From contig SHAT01000004.1 in the NCBI GenBank assembly GCA_004213175.1, positions 3,039 through 67,038 on the forward strand: a stretch of DNA of 64,000 nucleotides, in the 5' to 3' direction. Below are positions 1 to 11,193 of this stretch, piece by piece. The stretch's first letter is position 1. Each line of letters opens with the position of its first letter. Position numbers and translations under genes: made by a program. Below the pieces are notes generated by a model that ran no database searches, had not been told where the DNA came from, and was given only the letters and a program-made list of their open reading frames with translations. This DNA is from Pseudomonadota bacterium. Lineage in GTDB: Bacteria > SAR324 > NAC60-12.

Positions 1-338
1 CCCGCCCGCACACCTAACTTGTGTATTTGTTGAATTGTACCGTGAAGGTGTGGACATGTTTCCTGATGGACAGTAATTATATTAGCTCCGGCTTTTGCAA
101 AGTCTTCGAGAAAGAATTCGGGATTTTCAATCATCAAGTGAACGTCAAGCGGAAGTTCAGTTACCTTACGCAGAGCGTCCACAATTAAAGGGCCAATAGT
201 AATATTAGGAACAAATTTACCATCCATCACATCCACGTGAATATATTCAACTCCTGCTGCTTCTGCCTCACGGACCTGCTCGCCTAATCGAGAAAAATCA
301 GCAGACAGAATTGAAGGAGAAATTTTAATTTGCTTCAC
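1..338 (-). CDS. rpe: ribulose-phosphate 3-epimerase, N-terminal ~112 codons (gene runs off window edge)
   Basis: My own minus-strand translation from GTG at 338 reads [50 protein letters not shown]... SILSADF and HVDVMDGxFVPN are hallmark Rpe motifs. It is absent from the ORF track because it is truncated. Confidence 0.85.
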   Translation of the reverse strand, partial: MKQIKISPSILSADFSRLGEQVREAEAAGVEYIHVDVMDGKFVPNITIGPLIVDALRKVTELPLDVHLMIENPEFFLEDFAKAGANIITVHQETCPHLHGTIQQIHKLGVRA

Positions 339-377
339 AATGTATAGCTCACAAAATATTTTAGATGAGAATAAATA

Positions 378-1442
378 TTAATTTATTGTTTGATCTAACT
401 CTCCGGAATTATAACGTTGAGCCATCGTAGTCAAAGGAAGAGGCTTGAGTTTTGAAGCATTCCCCGCAGTCCCGAATGATTCATAACGTTCCTCGCAAAC
501 CACCTGCATGGCTGAAGTAGCTGGGATGTTGAACTTGCGTGGATCAAACTCGGTTTTCTTTTCAAGTAAAATTTTCCGTACCTGCCCGGAAATCGCCATG
601 CGACAATCTGTATCAATATTTACTTTTCGGACACCGTTTTTGATCCCCTCTACAATTTCATCAACAGGTGTACCCCATGTCTGAGGCATTTCTCCACCGT
701 TGGCATTGATAATGTCCTGCAGTTCCTGAGGAACCGAGCTTGAACCGTGCATGACCATGTGCAGACCTGGGAGCCTCTTATTGATACCCTTTACAACATT
801 CAGCGCAAGTATATCTCCATCAGGTTTCCTGGTGAACTTGTATGCCCCGTGTGATGTACCAATCGCTACTGCGAGGGCATCTACTTGTGTCTTCTTTACA
901 AAATCAGTAGCTTGATTAGGATCTGTCAATAATTGATCCTGAGACAATTTCCCTTCAAATCCATGCCCATCTTCTTTTTCACCTTCACCGGTTTCTAATG
1001 AACCAAGACAGCCAAGTTCACCTTCGACTGAAACACCGATCTTATGAGCAACTTCCGTAACTTTGGAACTAATTTCAATATTGTATTCATAAGAAGCAGG
1101 AGTTTTAGCATCTTCCTCCAATGAACCATCCATCATTACACTTGTAAAATTGTTAGCCATCGCTGAGAGACATGTATCAAAATTATTTCCATGGTCCTGA
1201 TGAATACAAATTGGAATTTCCGGATACATTTCTACAGCTGCATCAAACAAATGACGCAGAAATATATCTCCTGCATAAGAACGTGCGCCACGACTTGCTT
1301 GTAAAATAACAGGCGAATCAGTGGATTTTGCCGCTCGCATGATCGCTTGAATTTGTTCCATGTTGTTTACATTAAAAGCAGGAACACCGTAGCTGTTTTC
1401 AGCTGCATGATCAAGCAGTTGTCTCAAAGATATCAAAGCCAT
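378..1442 (-). CDS. fba: class II fructose-1,6-bisphosphate aldolase (354 aa, CbbA-like long form)
   Basis: The translation shows the FBA class II signatures GVPAFNVNN...[11 protein letters not shown]...IHQDHG...MMDGS...HGSSSVPQE. It lies between tkt and rpe. Confidence 0.95.
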   Translation of the reverse strand: MALISLRQLLDHAAENSYGVPAFNVNNMEQIQAIMRAAKSTDSPVILQASRGARSYAGDIFLRHLFDAAVEMYPEIPICIHQDHGNNFDTCLSAMANNFTSVMMDGSLEEDAKTPASYEYNIEISSKVTEVAHKIGVSVEGELGCLGSLETGEGEKEDGHGFEGKLSQDQLLTDPNQATDFVKKTQVDALAVAIGTSHGAYKFTRKPDGDILALNVVKGINKRLPGLHMVMHGSSSVPQELQDIINANGGEMPQTWGTPVDEIVEGIKNGVRKVNIDTDCRMAISGQVRKILLEKKTEFDPRKFNIPATSAMQVVCEERYESFGTAGNASKLKPLPLTTMAQRYNSGELDQTIN

Positions 1443-1546
1443 TTTCAGTTCTCTTTTTAGAAGTTTATGTTTTCTGTTTTGAAACTGAGTTAGTTAAAAA
1501 CAGTAAAATATTTTTCAGATTCTTTAGGACCATTTGCCAGTTAATT

Positions 1547-3526
1547 TTAAACAATGTCTTTTGCGGCATTGACGACATTTTGAGTTGTTATGCCAAAATG
1601 TATGTAAAGTTCATTAGCCGGAGCAGAAGCCCCAAAAGTACTCATTCCGACAAATTTTCCATTCCTGCCAAGATACTTACCCCAGCTTTGTTCTATAGCA
1701 GCTTCAACGACTACAATTGGTGTCTCCAGCGGTATTACCTTGTCTCTGTAGTCCTGACTCTGTTCTTCAAATTTATCGAGACACGGCATTGATACAACAG
1801 CTGCGGAAATACCTTCTGTTTTCAATTGATCACGGGCTTCTATGGCAATCGCGACTTCCGAACCGGAAGCAATTAAGGTCAAATCTCTTTTATCTTCAGT
1901 TTCTGCCAAAACGTATCCGCCTTTGGAACTTAAATTTTCTTCTGTGTGCTCCTTTCTGAGACAGGGCAGCCCCTGACGCGAAAGCGAAAGAACAGAAGGG
2001 GTTGAACTTGTTTCCAGCGAAGAAGCCCAGCACTCTGCTGTTTCAACGACATCACACGGTCTATAAACATTTAAATTAGGAATCGCACGTAAACTGGCGA
2101 GGTGTTCTACCGGCTGATGAGTAGGACCATCTTCACCAAGTCCGATCGAGTCGTGGGTCATGACATAAATCACACGTTGCTGCATCAAAGCGGATAGTCG
2201 TATCGCAGGACGGCAATAATCGGTAAAAATTAAAAATGTCCCACCATAAGGCACAAATCCACCGTGCAGTGCAATCCCATTCATGGCGGCTGCCATGCCG
2301 TGCTCACGAACTCCGTAATGGATATAATTCCCAGCAAAATCTCCCGGTTTAACAATTTTTTGCGTTTTGGCCTTTGTCAAATTAGAGCCAGTTAAGTCTG
2401 CAGAACCACCGACTAATTCTGGAATTGCTTCTGCTAGCACATCCAGTGTTTCCTGGCTCGCTTTACGTGTAGCAACTTTTGTTTTTTCTGCAGAATGTTT
2501 TCGCTTAAAATCCTGCATAGAAGATTGCCAATCTTTTGGCAGTTCACCTAAAATAAGACGTTCAAATTCATCTTTCCTTCCGGAATCATGGAGACGTTTT
2601 TGCCATGATTCCATTTTAGCTCTTTTCATAGAACCGACTCTTCGCCATGCACTGAAAACTTTTTCAGGAATTTCGAAAGCCGAATATGCCCAGTTCAGGG
2701 CTTCACGAGTTGCCATAATTTCATCATCCCCGAGCGGGGCACCATGAGAAGCTGCAGTTCCGGCTTTATTTGGTGAGCCAAAACCGATCATTGTTTTACA
2801 TGCAATCAGAGAAGGCTTACCTTGGTTTTCATGAGCACCATTGATGGCTTGTGTAATCGCATCAGGATCATGTCCATCACAAAAAGAAACATCCCAGCCG
2901 CATGCACCAAAGCGCATGAGTTGATCATCATTGACCGCAAGATCGGTTGATCCATCAATTGAAATTCCATTGTCATCAAATAAAACTATCAGTTTACCAA
3001 GTCCTAAGCGCCCGGCTAATGAGGCCGCTTCGTGGCTTATTCCTTCCATCAGGCAACCGTCACTAGCAATCACATAAGTATTGTGATTCACAAGTTCACT
3101 TCCAAATCTATCAACTAGCATTCTTTCAGCAAGAGCCATTCCGACTGCATTTGCGATGCCCTGTCCAAGCGGACCGGTAGTGGTTTCAATTCCGGCTCCA
3201 TGTCCATATTCGGGATGTCCAGCTGTTCTATAACCAAGTTGACGAAAGTTTTTTAGTTCTTCGAGTCCAAAATCCTCATAACCGGTCAAGTAAAGTAGAG
3301 CATAAAGCAGCATCGAACCATGTCCAGCGGACAAAATAAAACGGTCACGGTCAGGCCAAGCAGGATTACTAGCGTTAAAATTTAAGAAACGGGTAAACAA
3401 AACTGTTGCCACATCTGCCATTCCCATCGGCATTCCGGGGTGACCCGAGTTTGCTTTTTGAACCGCATCCACCGCTAAAAAGCGAATTGCGTTTGCCATA
3501 TCTTGATGAAGTGGAGAAGTACTCAT
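1547..3526 (-). CDS. tkt: transketolase
   Basis: 659 aa. It has the N-terminal ANAIRFLAVDAVQKANSGHPGMPMGMA motif, the ThDP-binding GDGCLMEG-like SDGCLMEGISHEA, and THDSIGLGEDGPTHQPVE. Confidence 0.97.
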   Translation of the reverse strand: MSTSPLHQDMANAIRFLAVDAVQKANSGHPGMPMGMADVATVLFTRFLNFNASNPAWPDRDRFILSAGHGSMLLYALLYLTGYEDFGLEELKNFRQLGYRTAGHPEYGHGAGIETTTGPLGQGIANAVGMALAERMLVDRFGSELVNHNTYVIASDGCLMEGISHEAASLAGRLGLGKLIVLFDDNGISIDGSTDLAVNDDQLMRFGACGWDVSFCDGHDPDAITQAINGAHENQGKPSLIACKTMIGFGSPNKAGTAASHGAPLGDDEIMATREALNWAYSAFEIPEKVFSAWRRVGSMKRAKMESWQKRLHDSGRKDEFERLILGELPKDWQSSMQDFKRKHSAEKTKVATRKASQETLDVLAEAIPELVGGSADLTGSNLTKAKTQKIVKPGDFAGNYIHYGVREHGMAAAMNGIALHGGFVPYGGTFLIFTDYCRPAIRLSALMQQRVIYVMTHDSIGLGEDGPTHQPVEHLASLRAIPNLNVYRPCDVVETAECWASSLETSSTPSVLSLSRQGLPCLRKEHTEENLSSKGGYVLAETEDKRDLTLIASGSEVAIAIEARDQLKTEGISAAVVSMPCLDKFEEQSQDYRDKVIPLETPIVVVEAAIEQSWGKYLGRNGKFVGMSTFGASAPANELYIHFGITTQNVVNAAKDIV

Positions 3527-3991
3527 AAGTTTGTATTAATAATTAATTATAAAGAAAAGGTAAGAATACAATATCTGTCACTGATTAAAGAGTTCAGTTA
3601 CTCCCTATATCGCAGATGACCCAAAATCGTCTCCACCCTGTGATAAGAAATCAACAGTTGAGTCAACATTAAACTATAGCCTATGATATTAATTTTTCAG
3701 TTTTTCTATTTACCGTTTATTTTATAACAAATTTTTTACTTAATAAATCAAAATCTATGGCAATTCATCATATCTAATTACAGGATGATTTTCTATAATA
3801 CTATAAACTTAAAAATATAAAAAGGTTCCGAAATGATACTCAAATCAAAGATGCCTACTGCCAACATAACTGGAATGAATGCGTAGCAAAATAATTCAGC
3901 TACGAATCTATAGAATAATTATATTCTTTAAATATTCCCCACATGTATGTTCTGCTTATGATATTTAAGTTTCGTTTTGCTCAGCAACAAA

Positions 3992-4738
3992 TTATCTTCC
4001 ACCAGAGACTTCTAGTAGTGCACCTGTTGTGTATGAAGATTCACTGGATAGAAGCCACATAATTGACCTTGCGACTTCTTCAGGTTTCCCTCCTCTTTTC
4101 AAAGGAATAGTGTCTTTAATTCGTTCCACACGTCCTGGCTCGCCACCGCTGGCATGAATATCTGTTTCTATCACACCGGGGCGAACAGCATTAACACGTA
4201 TTCCTTCCTCAGCTACTTCCTGGGCAAGTCCTCTGGTAAAAGTATCAATTGCCCCTTTAGAAGCTGCATAATCTATATATTCTCCGGGACTACCAAGTCT
4301 TGCGGCTGCGGATGATAGATTGACAATCGTTCCACCATTACCTCCATTTTTTATAGACATCCGTTTTACGGCTTCCCTCGCACACAAAATACTACCTGTA
4401 ATATTTGTTAGGAATACTCGGTTAAGTCGCTTCGAATCCATGTCTTCAATTCGCATTTGACTTTCCAGAATTCCTGCATTGTTGACAAGCGCGCTAATCT
4501 TTCCGAGTCTGTCATCAACAGTACTAAATAATTCCAACACTTCTTCCTCTTTTGAAATGTCAGCTCCGACTGCAATTGCTTGTCCACCGTCAGCGTTAAT
4601 TTTATCTACGATCTGCTTTGCAGCGACTTTGTTTTTCAAAAAATTCACACAGACAGCGTAACCTCTCCTGCCTGCAATCCTTGCTGTTGCTGCACCAATT
4701 CCCCGACTTCCTCCAGTAACGATCAAAACCTTATCCAT
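3992..4738 (-). CDS. SDR-family oxidoreductase (classical short-chain dehydrogenase)
   Basis: It carries TGGSRGIG (TGxxxGIG), NNAG and YxxxK (YAASK) motifs. 248 aa. Confidence 0.9.
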   Translation of the reverse strand: MDKVLIVTGGSRGIGAATARIAGRRGYAVCVNFLKNKVAAKQIVDKINADGGQAIAVGADISKEEEVLELFSTVDDRLGKISALVNNAGILESQMRIEDMDSKRLNRVFLTNITGSILCAREAVKRMSIKNGGNGGTIVNLSSAAARLGSPGEYIDYAASKGAIDTFTRGLAQEVAEEGIRVNAVRPGVIETDIHASGGEPGRVERIKDTIPLKRGGKPEEVARSIMWLLSSESSYTTGALLEVSGGR

Positions 4739-4759
4739 TTTTATTTTTCGTTGATGAAT

Positions 4760-5944
4760 TTATAAACAATAGTATTCCGCTAATCTCTTAAATCCGGGAA
4801 GTGAATTTTCGATTGTATCGAGAGTACAACAGAGTGAAATCCTAAAATGTCCCGGACCTCCAAATCCAACTCCCGGTACCAGTAAAATATGTTCTTGCTG
4901 TGCTCGTTTAACAAATGCTACATCATCTGTGTCAGGTGATTTTGGAAAAATATAAAAAGCACCCTGTGGTTTGATTGCCTCAAATCCCAAATCACTTATC
5001 ATAGAGAACATTTTATCACGTAATTTTTCATAAACTGAAATATCAACTTTTTCGTTCCCAAGTAGAGGTAGAATTTTCTGCATCATTGCAGGAGCATTCA
5101 CAAATCCGAGTATCCGATTACAAAATACGAGAGCCTGATACAGTTCCTCCTTGCCAAATGCATCCGGATGAATAGCGATGTAACCTATACGCTCACCGGC
5201 AAGACCTAAGTCCTTTGAGTGAGAATTGACTAAAATTGAATTTGGATAACTCAGAAAGACATTGCTGTTTTTAAATCCGTCAAAAACAATGTAACGGTAA
5301 ATATCATCTGATACTAGATAGATTGGATGCCCGAAATCTTTCTCTTTGCGAAATAATAACTGTGCTAATTCGTCTAATATTTGCTGTGAATAAACTGCTC
5401 CCGTAGGGTTATTTGGGCTATTGATGATTACAATCTTTGTATGCTCACTCAAACTTGCTTCAATCGAATCCAGGTCGGGTTGAAATTCTGAAGTAGTTTC
5501 GGCCAGAGTCAGACGTCCACCATGATTTTGCACATAAGCTCCGTATTCTACAAAATAAGGAGTCAAAGCCAACACCTCATCTCCTGCTTCTAGCAAAGCT
5601 TTGAACACCACATTTAAACCTCCCCCGGCCCCTACACACATAACTATATCCTCACTACCAAAAGGATAGCCAGTTTCATCCCGCATTACACCGGCAATAA
5701 ATTCACGTGTCTCTCCAAATCCCGCATTTGGCATGTAACGATGCATTCCATGTTCAGATTTTTCCAGCAACCGCTTTATTTGTTCGTGCACTTGCTCCGG
5801 AGGTTCGAGGATAGGATTACCAAGCGAAAAATCAAACACATTTTCCGCACCATGCTCTGCCTTTAAACGAGCACCTGCTTCAAACATTTGTCTAATCCAA
5901 GAGCCTTTAACCATGGATTCACGTATTGAATGTGAAATAGACAT
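4760..5944 (-). CDS. PLP-dependent aminotransferase, class I/II (AspC/AlaA-like)
   Basis: 394 aa. It has NSPNNPTG and SHSKDLGLAGERIGY (PLP-lysine motif). Confidence 0.9.
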   Translation of the reverse strand: MSISHSIRESMVKGSWIRQMFEAGARLKAEHGAENVFDFSLGNPILEPPEQVHEQIKRLLEKSEHGMHRYMPNAGFGETREFIAGVMRDETGYPFGSEDIVMCVGAGGGLNVVFKALLEAGDEVLALTPYFVEYGAYVQNHGGRLTLAETTSEFQPDLDSIEASLSEHTKIVIINSPNNPTGAVYSQQILDELAQLLFRKEKDFGHPIYLVSDDIYRYIVFDGFKNSNVFLSYPNSILVNSHSKDLGLAGERIGYIAIHPDAFGKEELYQALVFCNRILGFVNAPAMMQKILPLLGNEKVDISVYEKLRDKMFSMISDLGFEAIKPQGAFYIFPKSPDTDDVAFVKRAQQEHILLVPGVGFGGPGHFRISLCCTLDTIENSLPGFKRLAEYYCL

Positions 5945-6059
5945 TATTTTCTTCCCTTTGATTCAAAATATTTCGTAAAATTGGAAGACGAGGTTTTTTT
6001 GGGGTTCATGCTAATACATGAGTGACAGATAATATGAGACACTGTCAAGAGGTATGTTT

Positions 6060-7178
6060 TCAGGAAAAAAGATTCTTTATTTTTTTAACAAATTTATCAC
6101 GAATAGGATTGCTTTCATCTTCGCAACAATCGTCGAATTCTTTCAATAATTCTTTTTGCTTTGCGGTCAGTTTACTCGGAGTTTCCACAACAACCCGCAC
6201 ATGTAAATCTCCGCGTCCTCCACCACGAAGATGAGCTATACCCTGATTTTTCATTCTAAAGATTTTGTGAGTTTGAGTTCCGGATGGAATTTTTAATCTG
6301 GCTTCCCCCTCTAGAGTTGGTACCTCAAGATCGGTCCCAAGAGTTGCCTGAGAAAAACTGATCGGAACTTCGCAAAAGATATCTGCGCCTTCACGTTCAA
6401 AAAGAGAGTGTTCCTTGACACCTAAAACTATGTATAGATCACCCCCTGATCCACCATTTGCTCCGTGTTCCCCCTCTCCTGTGAGTTTGATCCTTGAACC
6501 GGTAGCAACTCCAGCTGGTATATTAACTCTAATACGTTTTGTCTTAGATACGCGGGTGCGCCCATGACAATTTTTACAGGGATTTGATATTGTCTTTCCA
6601 CGACCACCACAACTACTGCAGGTCGTGGCAACACTAAAAAATCCCTGTTGTACCCGCTGCTGCCCGGTTCCCCCACAGGAATTGCAAATTTTTATGTCTT
6701 TTTCAGATTCTGCCCCCAAACCACTACAGGAATCACAAGTTTCCATACGTGGGACATCAATTTCTTTCGATGAGCCAAAAACAGCGTCCTCAAAGGAAAT
6801 TTCCATATTATATTGTAAATCGGACCCGCGCTCACCACGCCCGGTTGAACTTCCTCCAGAACCGCTGAAGAACTCACTGAAAATATCTCCGAAAACATCT
6901 CCAAAACCACTTCCACCTGCGCCTCCGAAACCACCCATTCCACTACTCCCCATACCTTCAGCGGCATGTCCAAACTGGTCATAACGTGAGCGTTTTTCCT
7001 GATCTCCGAGAATTTCAAATGCTTCAGAAGCTTCTTTGAATTTATTTTCTGCTTGCTTATCTCCCTGATTTCGATCTGGATGATATTTCATAGCTACCTT
7101 TCGGTATGCTTTTTTGAGTTCTTCTGCTGAAGCATTACGGGACACACCTAACACTTCATAATAATCACGCTTTGCCAT
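6060..7178 (-). CDS. dnaJ: molecular chaperone DnaJ
   Basis: It has a J-domain with HPD (KYHPDRN), a G/F-rich linker and four CxxCxGxG zinc-finger repeats. It lies downstream of dnaK. Confidence 0.97.
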   Translation of the reverse strand: MAKRDYYEVLGVSRNASAEELKKAYRKVAMKYHPDRNQGDKQAENKFKEASEAFEILGDQEKRSRYDQFGHAAEGMGSSGMGGFGGAGGSGFGDVFGDIFSEFFSGSGGSSTGRGERGSDLQYNMEISFEDAVFGSSKEIDVPRMETCDSCSGLGAESEKDIKICNSCGGTGQQRVQQGFFSVATTCSSCGGRGKTISNPCKNCHGRTRVSKTKRIRVNIPAGVATGSRIKLTGEGEHGANGGSGGDLYIVLGVKEHSLFEREGADIFCEVPISFSQATLGTDLEVPTLEGEARLKIPSGTQTHKIFRMKNQGIAHLRGGGRGDLHVRVVVETPSKLTAKQKELLKEFDDCCEDESNPIRDKFVKKIKNLFS

Positions 7179-7256
7179 GAAATTTCGTCAAGGGTTTACA
7201 AGTTCATAATTGAAATGTTATATTTTAGTATCTTTTACTTTCAGTCTGAGCCTGAT

Positions 7257-9179
7257 TTACTTTTTTACTTCTTCAAAGTCTGCATCAACAATATCCTCAT
7301 CATCTTTGTCTGATTTTTCTTCACCATCCTGATTGTCTTCATTTCCTTGTTCATGATCAGTAGCCTGCTGTTCAGCCTGTTGGCTGTATAACAATTCGGC
7401 CATTTTATGAGAAGCCTGTGTCAATGCTTCAAGATCACTCTTGATAGCGTTTACGTCATCGCTTTCTACACTCTTCTTGAGCTGTTCGCAACAGGCCTCA
7501 ATTTTTGTTTTATCTTCTTCAGGTAGTTTTTCCCCAAGTTCGCTTACGGATTTTTCAGTACTGTAAATAAGCGTTTCGGCCTGATTTTTAACTTCAACAC
7601 CATCTCGTTTTGCTTTATCTTCTTCGGCAAACTGTTCTGCATCATTAACCATTTTTTCGACTTCATCATCTGAAAGTCCGCCTGAAGACTCAATTTTTAT
7701 AGCCTGTTCTTTGCCGGTACCCAAATCTTTGGCACTAACGTGAACAATTCCGTTTGCATCAATATCAAATGTAACCTCGATTTGCGGTACCCCACGGGGT
7801 GCTGGCGGAATGCCTACCAACTCAAAACGTCCTAGCGTTTTGTTGTCTGCTGACATCTCGCGTTCACCTTGTAGTACATGAATGCTGACGGCAGGCTGAT
7901 TATCTGCTGCAGTAGAGAAGGTTTGGCTTTTTCTCGTAGGTATGGTCGTGTTACGCTCGATTAATTTTGTCATTACACTGCCCAAGGTTTCGATCCCAAG
8001 CGAAAGTGGAGTAACATCAAGAAGCAATACATCTTTCACATCACCTGTAAGAACACCACCCTGGATTGCCGCGCCGATGGCTACAACTTCATCTGGATTA
8101 ACACCTTTGTGAGGTTCTTTGTCAAAAAAATCTTTGACGATTTCCTGTACTTTTGGCATACGTGTCATACCACCCACTAGAATAACCTCATTGATATCCT
8201 TTGAGGTGCAACCTGCGTCTTTCAATGCTTTGCGGCAAGGTTCAAGACAACCCTGAACAAGATCGTCAACCAACGATTCAAACTTAGCACGCGTAATTTT
8301 TAGGTTAAAATGTTTTGGCCCTGACGCATCCGCTGTAATAAAGGGTAAATTGACATCTGTTTCTGAACTAGCCGACAATTCATGCTTGGCTTTCTCTGCA
8401 GCTTCACGTAGACGCTGCAATGCCATTTTGTCTTCACGCAAATCAATACCGTTTTCTTTTTTAAACTCATCTGCAAAAAAAGTGATAAGTCGATTGTCAA
8501 AATCGTCACCCCCCAGAAAAGTATCACCATTAGTTGATTTTACATCAAATACGCCTTCACCAATTTCCAAAATAGAAATATCAAAAGTACCGCCACCTAG
8601 ATCAAAGACTGCGATTTTCTCATCATTTTTTTTATCAAGTCCATAAGCCATTGCAGCGGCAGTAGGCTCGTTGATAATACGCAAAACATCAAGACCGGCG
8701 ATTTTTCCGGAATCTTTGGTGGACTGACGTTGAGCGTCACTAAAATAAGCAGGAACAGTAATTACAGCTTCTGTAACGGACTCACCTAAATATTCTTCTG
8801 CAGTCTGTTTCATTTTCTGCAGAATAGAAGCAGATATTTCTTGAGGAGAATATTTAGTATCATCAACTTTCACATACGCTAAATCCTTATTACCTTTGAC
8901 AATTTCATAAGACACCATTTTTTTCGTGTGTTTTACTTCCGCAGATTTAATTTCCTGACCCATCAAACGTTTGATGGAATATATTGTACGTTGAGGATTT
9001 GTTACTGCTTGTCTTTTCGCAACCTGCCCAATCAACCGCTCACCTTCATCATTAAAAGCAACCATCGAAGGTGTTGTGCGTGTCCCCTCAGCGTTTTGAA
9101 TGACCTTTGGGTCACCACCCTCCATGATGCTGACACATGAATTTGTGGTTCCTAAATCTATACCAATAACTTTACCCAT
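7257..9179 (-). CDS. dnaK: molecular chaperone DnaK (Hsp70)
   Basis: 640 aa. It has [19 protein letters not shown] and [11 protein letters not shown] motifs. Confidence 0.98.
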   Translation of the reverse strand: MGKVIGIDLGTTNSCVSIMEGGDPKVIQNAEGTRTTPSMVAFNDEGERLIGQVAKRQAVTNPQRTIYSIKRLMGQEIKSAEVKHTKKMVSYEIVKGNKDLAYVKVDDTKYSPQEISASILQKMKQTAEEYLGESVTEAVITVPAYFSDAQRQSTKDSGKIAGLDVLRIINEPTAAAMAYGLDKKNDEKIAVFDLGGGTFDISILEIGEGVFDVKSTNGDTFLGGDDFDNRLITFFADEFKKENGIDLREDKMALQRLREAAEKAKHELSASSETDVNLPFITADASGPKHFNLKITRAKFESLVDDLVQGCLEPCRKALKDAGCTSKDINEVILVGGMTRMPKVQEIVKDFFDKEPHKGVNPDEVVAIGAAIQGGVLTGDVKDVLLLDVTPLSLGIETLGSVMTKLIERNTTIPTRKSQTFSTAADNQPAVSIHVLQGEREMSADNKTLGRFELVGIPPAPRGVPQIEVTFDIDANGIVHVSAKDLGTGKEQAIKIESSGGLSDDEVEKMVNDAEQFAEEDKAKRDGVEVKNQAETLIYSTEKSVSELGEKLPEEDKTKIEACCEQLKKSVESDDVNAIKSDLEALTQASHKMAELLYSQQAEQQATDHEQGNEDNQDGEEKSDKDDEDIVDADFEEVKK

Positions 9180-9209
9180 AATTATTCTCCTAGTTCTTTC
9201 ATGAATGCC

Positions 9210-9238
9210 CCCTTGAAAAAACTAATTATTTTCAAGGG
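9210..9238 (-). other. perfect 10-bp stem / 9-nt loop hairpin in the grpE-dnaK intergenic region
   Basis: CCCTTGAAAA-aactaatta-TTTTCAAGGG. On the mRNA strand it sits ~30 nt upstream of the dnaK AGGAG/ATG. No U-tract follows, so it is not a classic terminator. Confidence 0.6.
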
Positions 9239-9278
9239 ATATAAATTAATTTTTTTCAAATTTATTCAGCTTAAAGTC

Positions 9279-9893
9279 TTAATTTTTCCCGGAAACCCGG
9301 ACCATTGCTGGACGAATAATGCGACCATGCAAAGTATATCCCTTCAGACATTCCTCAACAACTTGGTTGTCAGGGGCAGAATCTGAATCATCAACTCCTA
9401 CAGCTTGGTGAATGTTTGGATCAAACTCTTCACCAACTGTTTTGACTTTTGTAACACCAAATTTCTCAAAAACTTCATGTGTCATTTTAGTTACCATCTC
9501 CAACCCCACTATCATACTGTCGACGTCCGTGTTGTCGCTTTTCGCATGAGAAATGGCTCGATCAATATTGTCCAGAGAAGGTAGCAACTCTTTAATTAAA
9601 TCGAGATTAAAATATTTAAATCGATCAGAGCTTTCACGAATCATTCGCTTTTTATAGTTTTCAAACTCAGCATTGACTCTAAGATAACGCTCTTCCATAT
9701 TCTTCGCCTTCGTACGTTCCTTCTCTAACAGATCTTCTTCTGTTGGCTCCGCTTCTGGTTCATGCTGTTCGGGAGAATCTACTGCAATATCAGACTCAAT
9801 TTCTTCATGTAGATTTTCAAACTCTTTGTCAATCTTTGGTTCGTCATTATCCTGTTTTTTTTCAACAGATTCTTTACGTTTTTTGGCGCTCAT
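9279..9893 (-). CDS. grpE: nucleotide exchange factor GrpE
   Basis: 204 aa. It has an acidic N-terminus, YLRVNAEFENYKKR and a GrpE C-terminal beta domain. It lies between hrcA and dnaK. Confidence 0.95.
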   Translation of the reverse strand: MSAKKRKESVEKKQDNDEPKIDKEFENLHEEIESDIAVDSPEQHEPEAEPTEEDLLEKERTKAKNMEERYLRVNAEFENYKKRMIRESSDRFKYFNLDLIKELLPSLDNIDRAISHAKSDNTDVDSMIVGLEMVTKMTHEVFEKFGVTKVKTVGEEFDPNIHQAVGVDDSDSAPDNQVVEECLKGYTLHGRIIRPAMVRVSGKN

Positions 9894-9912
9894 GGGGATC
9901 TTTATTTTATAT

Positions 9913-10998
9913 TCAGTCGTAAGATTGGTCAGTTATTGTTTTAGATAATATTTTAGCAGTATAGTCAACCATGGAGATTATACGTTTATAATCCATACTT
10001 GTTGGACCAACAACACCAATTGAACCTAAAACATTTTGATTGTTGCGATAACTAGCTGTGATTAGTGAACAGCCCTGTAATTGTTTTAAATCATTTTCAA
10101 TACCAATATATATTCGTACACCTTTTTGCTTCATTGAATCATCAAGTATTTTCATAATTGCACTTTTCTGGTCAAAAGCATCAATTAAAGAGCGTACAGA
10201 CGACTGCTCATGAAAATGAGAATCAAGCAGGAGATTCATTTGCCCGTCTATCAGCATTTCACCAGGTTGGTTTAATTCAAAAGCTTTTTTGCCTAAACGA
10301 ACAGCATGGGCTAAGAGATCATGATAACGGTTACGATCATCAACCATACTCTGATGAATTTCTTCACGAATTTCTTGCATTGAGTGATCTTTAAATTTGT
10401 TGTTAAGAAATTCTGCCACTAAGTTAAGAAAATCTTGGGTATGACTTTCCTTAGAAAATATAATTTTGTCACGTACAACACCGGCTTTTGTGACCAAAAT
10501 GACGAGGATTCTATCCTCACTGATTTTTATAAGTTCGATGCGTTGGAGTTTACTGACAGAAGCCTTAGGGGTACTGAGCACACAGGCAAACTTAGTAAGT
10601 TCAGCCAGCATTCGGACTGCCTCTGCCAAAATTGTTTCTATCTGTGAGCCCTGTTCGTTAGAAACCTGAGATATTTTCTCCTTCATCTGTTGAGGGATAC
10701 TCGTTGGTGAAGCTAACGAATTAACATAAAACCTATAAGCTTTGTCGGTTGGAACCCGTCCTGCCGAGGTGTGATTCTGAATTAAATAGCCAAGTTCCGC
10801 GAGATCAGACATAATGTTTCTGATCGTCGCGGGAGAAAGTGTGATTCCTATTGTTTTAGAAAGTGTTCTTGAACCAATTGGTTCTGAGGACTGTATGTAG
10901 TTTTCTATAATACTGTGAAGAACTATCTGTGCCCGTTCATTCAATACTAAGTTATAACGGATTCCTTTTTTTTTATTATCTATAACTTTTTTTATCAA
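9913..10998 (-). CDS. hrcA: heat-inducible transcription repressor HrcA
   Basis: It has LNERAQIVLHSIIENYIQSSEPIGSRTLSK...SPATIRNIMSDLAELGY, the typical HrcA N-terminal wHTH. The track ORF (to 11019) starts at a TTG only 10 nt from CIRCE. An in-frame TTG at 10998 has an AGGAG (11011..11007) 8 nt upstream, so I use that start. The start is uncertain. Confidence 0.9.
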   Translation of the reverse strand: MIKKVIDNKKKGIRYNLVLNERAQIVLHSIIENYIQSSEPIGSRTLSKTIGITLSPATIRNIMSDLAELGYLIQNHTSAGRVPTDKAYRFYVNSLASPTSIPQQMKEKISQVSNEQGSQIETILAEAVRMLAELTKFACVLSTPKASVSKLQRIELIKISEDRILVILVTKAGVVRDKIIFSKESHTQDFLNLVAEFLNNKFKDHSMQEIREEIHQSMVDDRNRYHDLLAHAVRLGKKAFELNQPGEMLIDGQMNLLLDSHFHEQSSVRSLIDAFDQKSAIMKILDDSMKQKGVRIYIGIENDLKQLQGCSLITASYRNNQNVLGSIGVVGPTSMDYKRIISMVDYTAKILSKTITDQSYD

Positions 10999-11028
10999 AA
11001 GAAATGCTCCTAAAATCAATTTAAGTCA

Positions 11029-11055
11029 TTAGCACTCAGTAAGGCTTAGTGCTAA
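11029..11055 (-). promoter_or_regulatory. CIRCE operator (HrcA binding site)
   Basis: TTAGCACTC-agtaaggct-TAGTGCTAA compared with the consensus TTAGCACTC-N9-GAGTGCTAA shows one mismatch. It lies directly upstream of hrcA. Confidence 0.88.
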
Positions 11056-11057
11056 TA

Positions 11058-11086
11058 ATTTAACTATTTTTAGTAAAATAAGTCAA
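11058..11086 (-). promoter_or_regulatory. sigma70-type promoter of the hrcA-grpE-dnaK-dnaJ operon
   Basis: On the minus strand it reads TTGACT - 17 nt - TTAAAT, ending 2 nt before CIRCE. The predicted transcription start therefore falls inside the operator. Confidence 0.65.
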
Positions 11087-11193
11087 GCAAAAGATAACAA
11101 AGAAATAATTTAGTAGATAATGCCGCGAAAGTAGTGAAAAAACTTACACCCTGTGAGACCAAGACAGATAGTTAAGACATATCAAAAAGAAAA

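Noticed and set aside
1580-9140. Numerous 60-170-aa ORFs lie antisense to or out of frame within tkt, dnaJ and dnaK (for example 2367..2747, 6625..6984, 8350..8646). Similar ORFs elsewhere in the window lie within recD, ilvD, the RND pump and selB (27004..27438, 32600..33103, 40508..40849, 46273..46608).
   Set aside because: They are fully nested in strongly supported genes and have low-complexity or Ser/Pro/Cys-rich composition typical of shadow ORFs.
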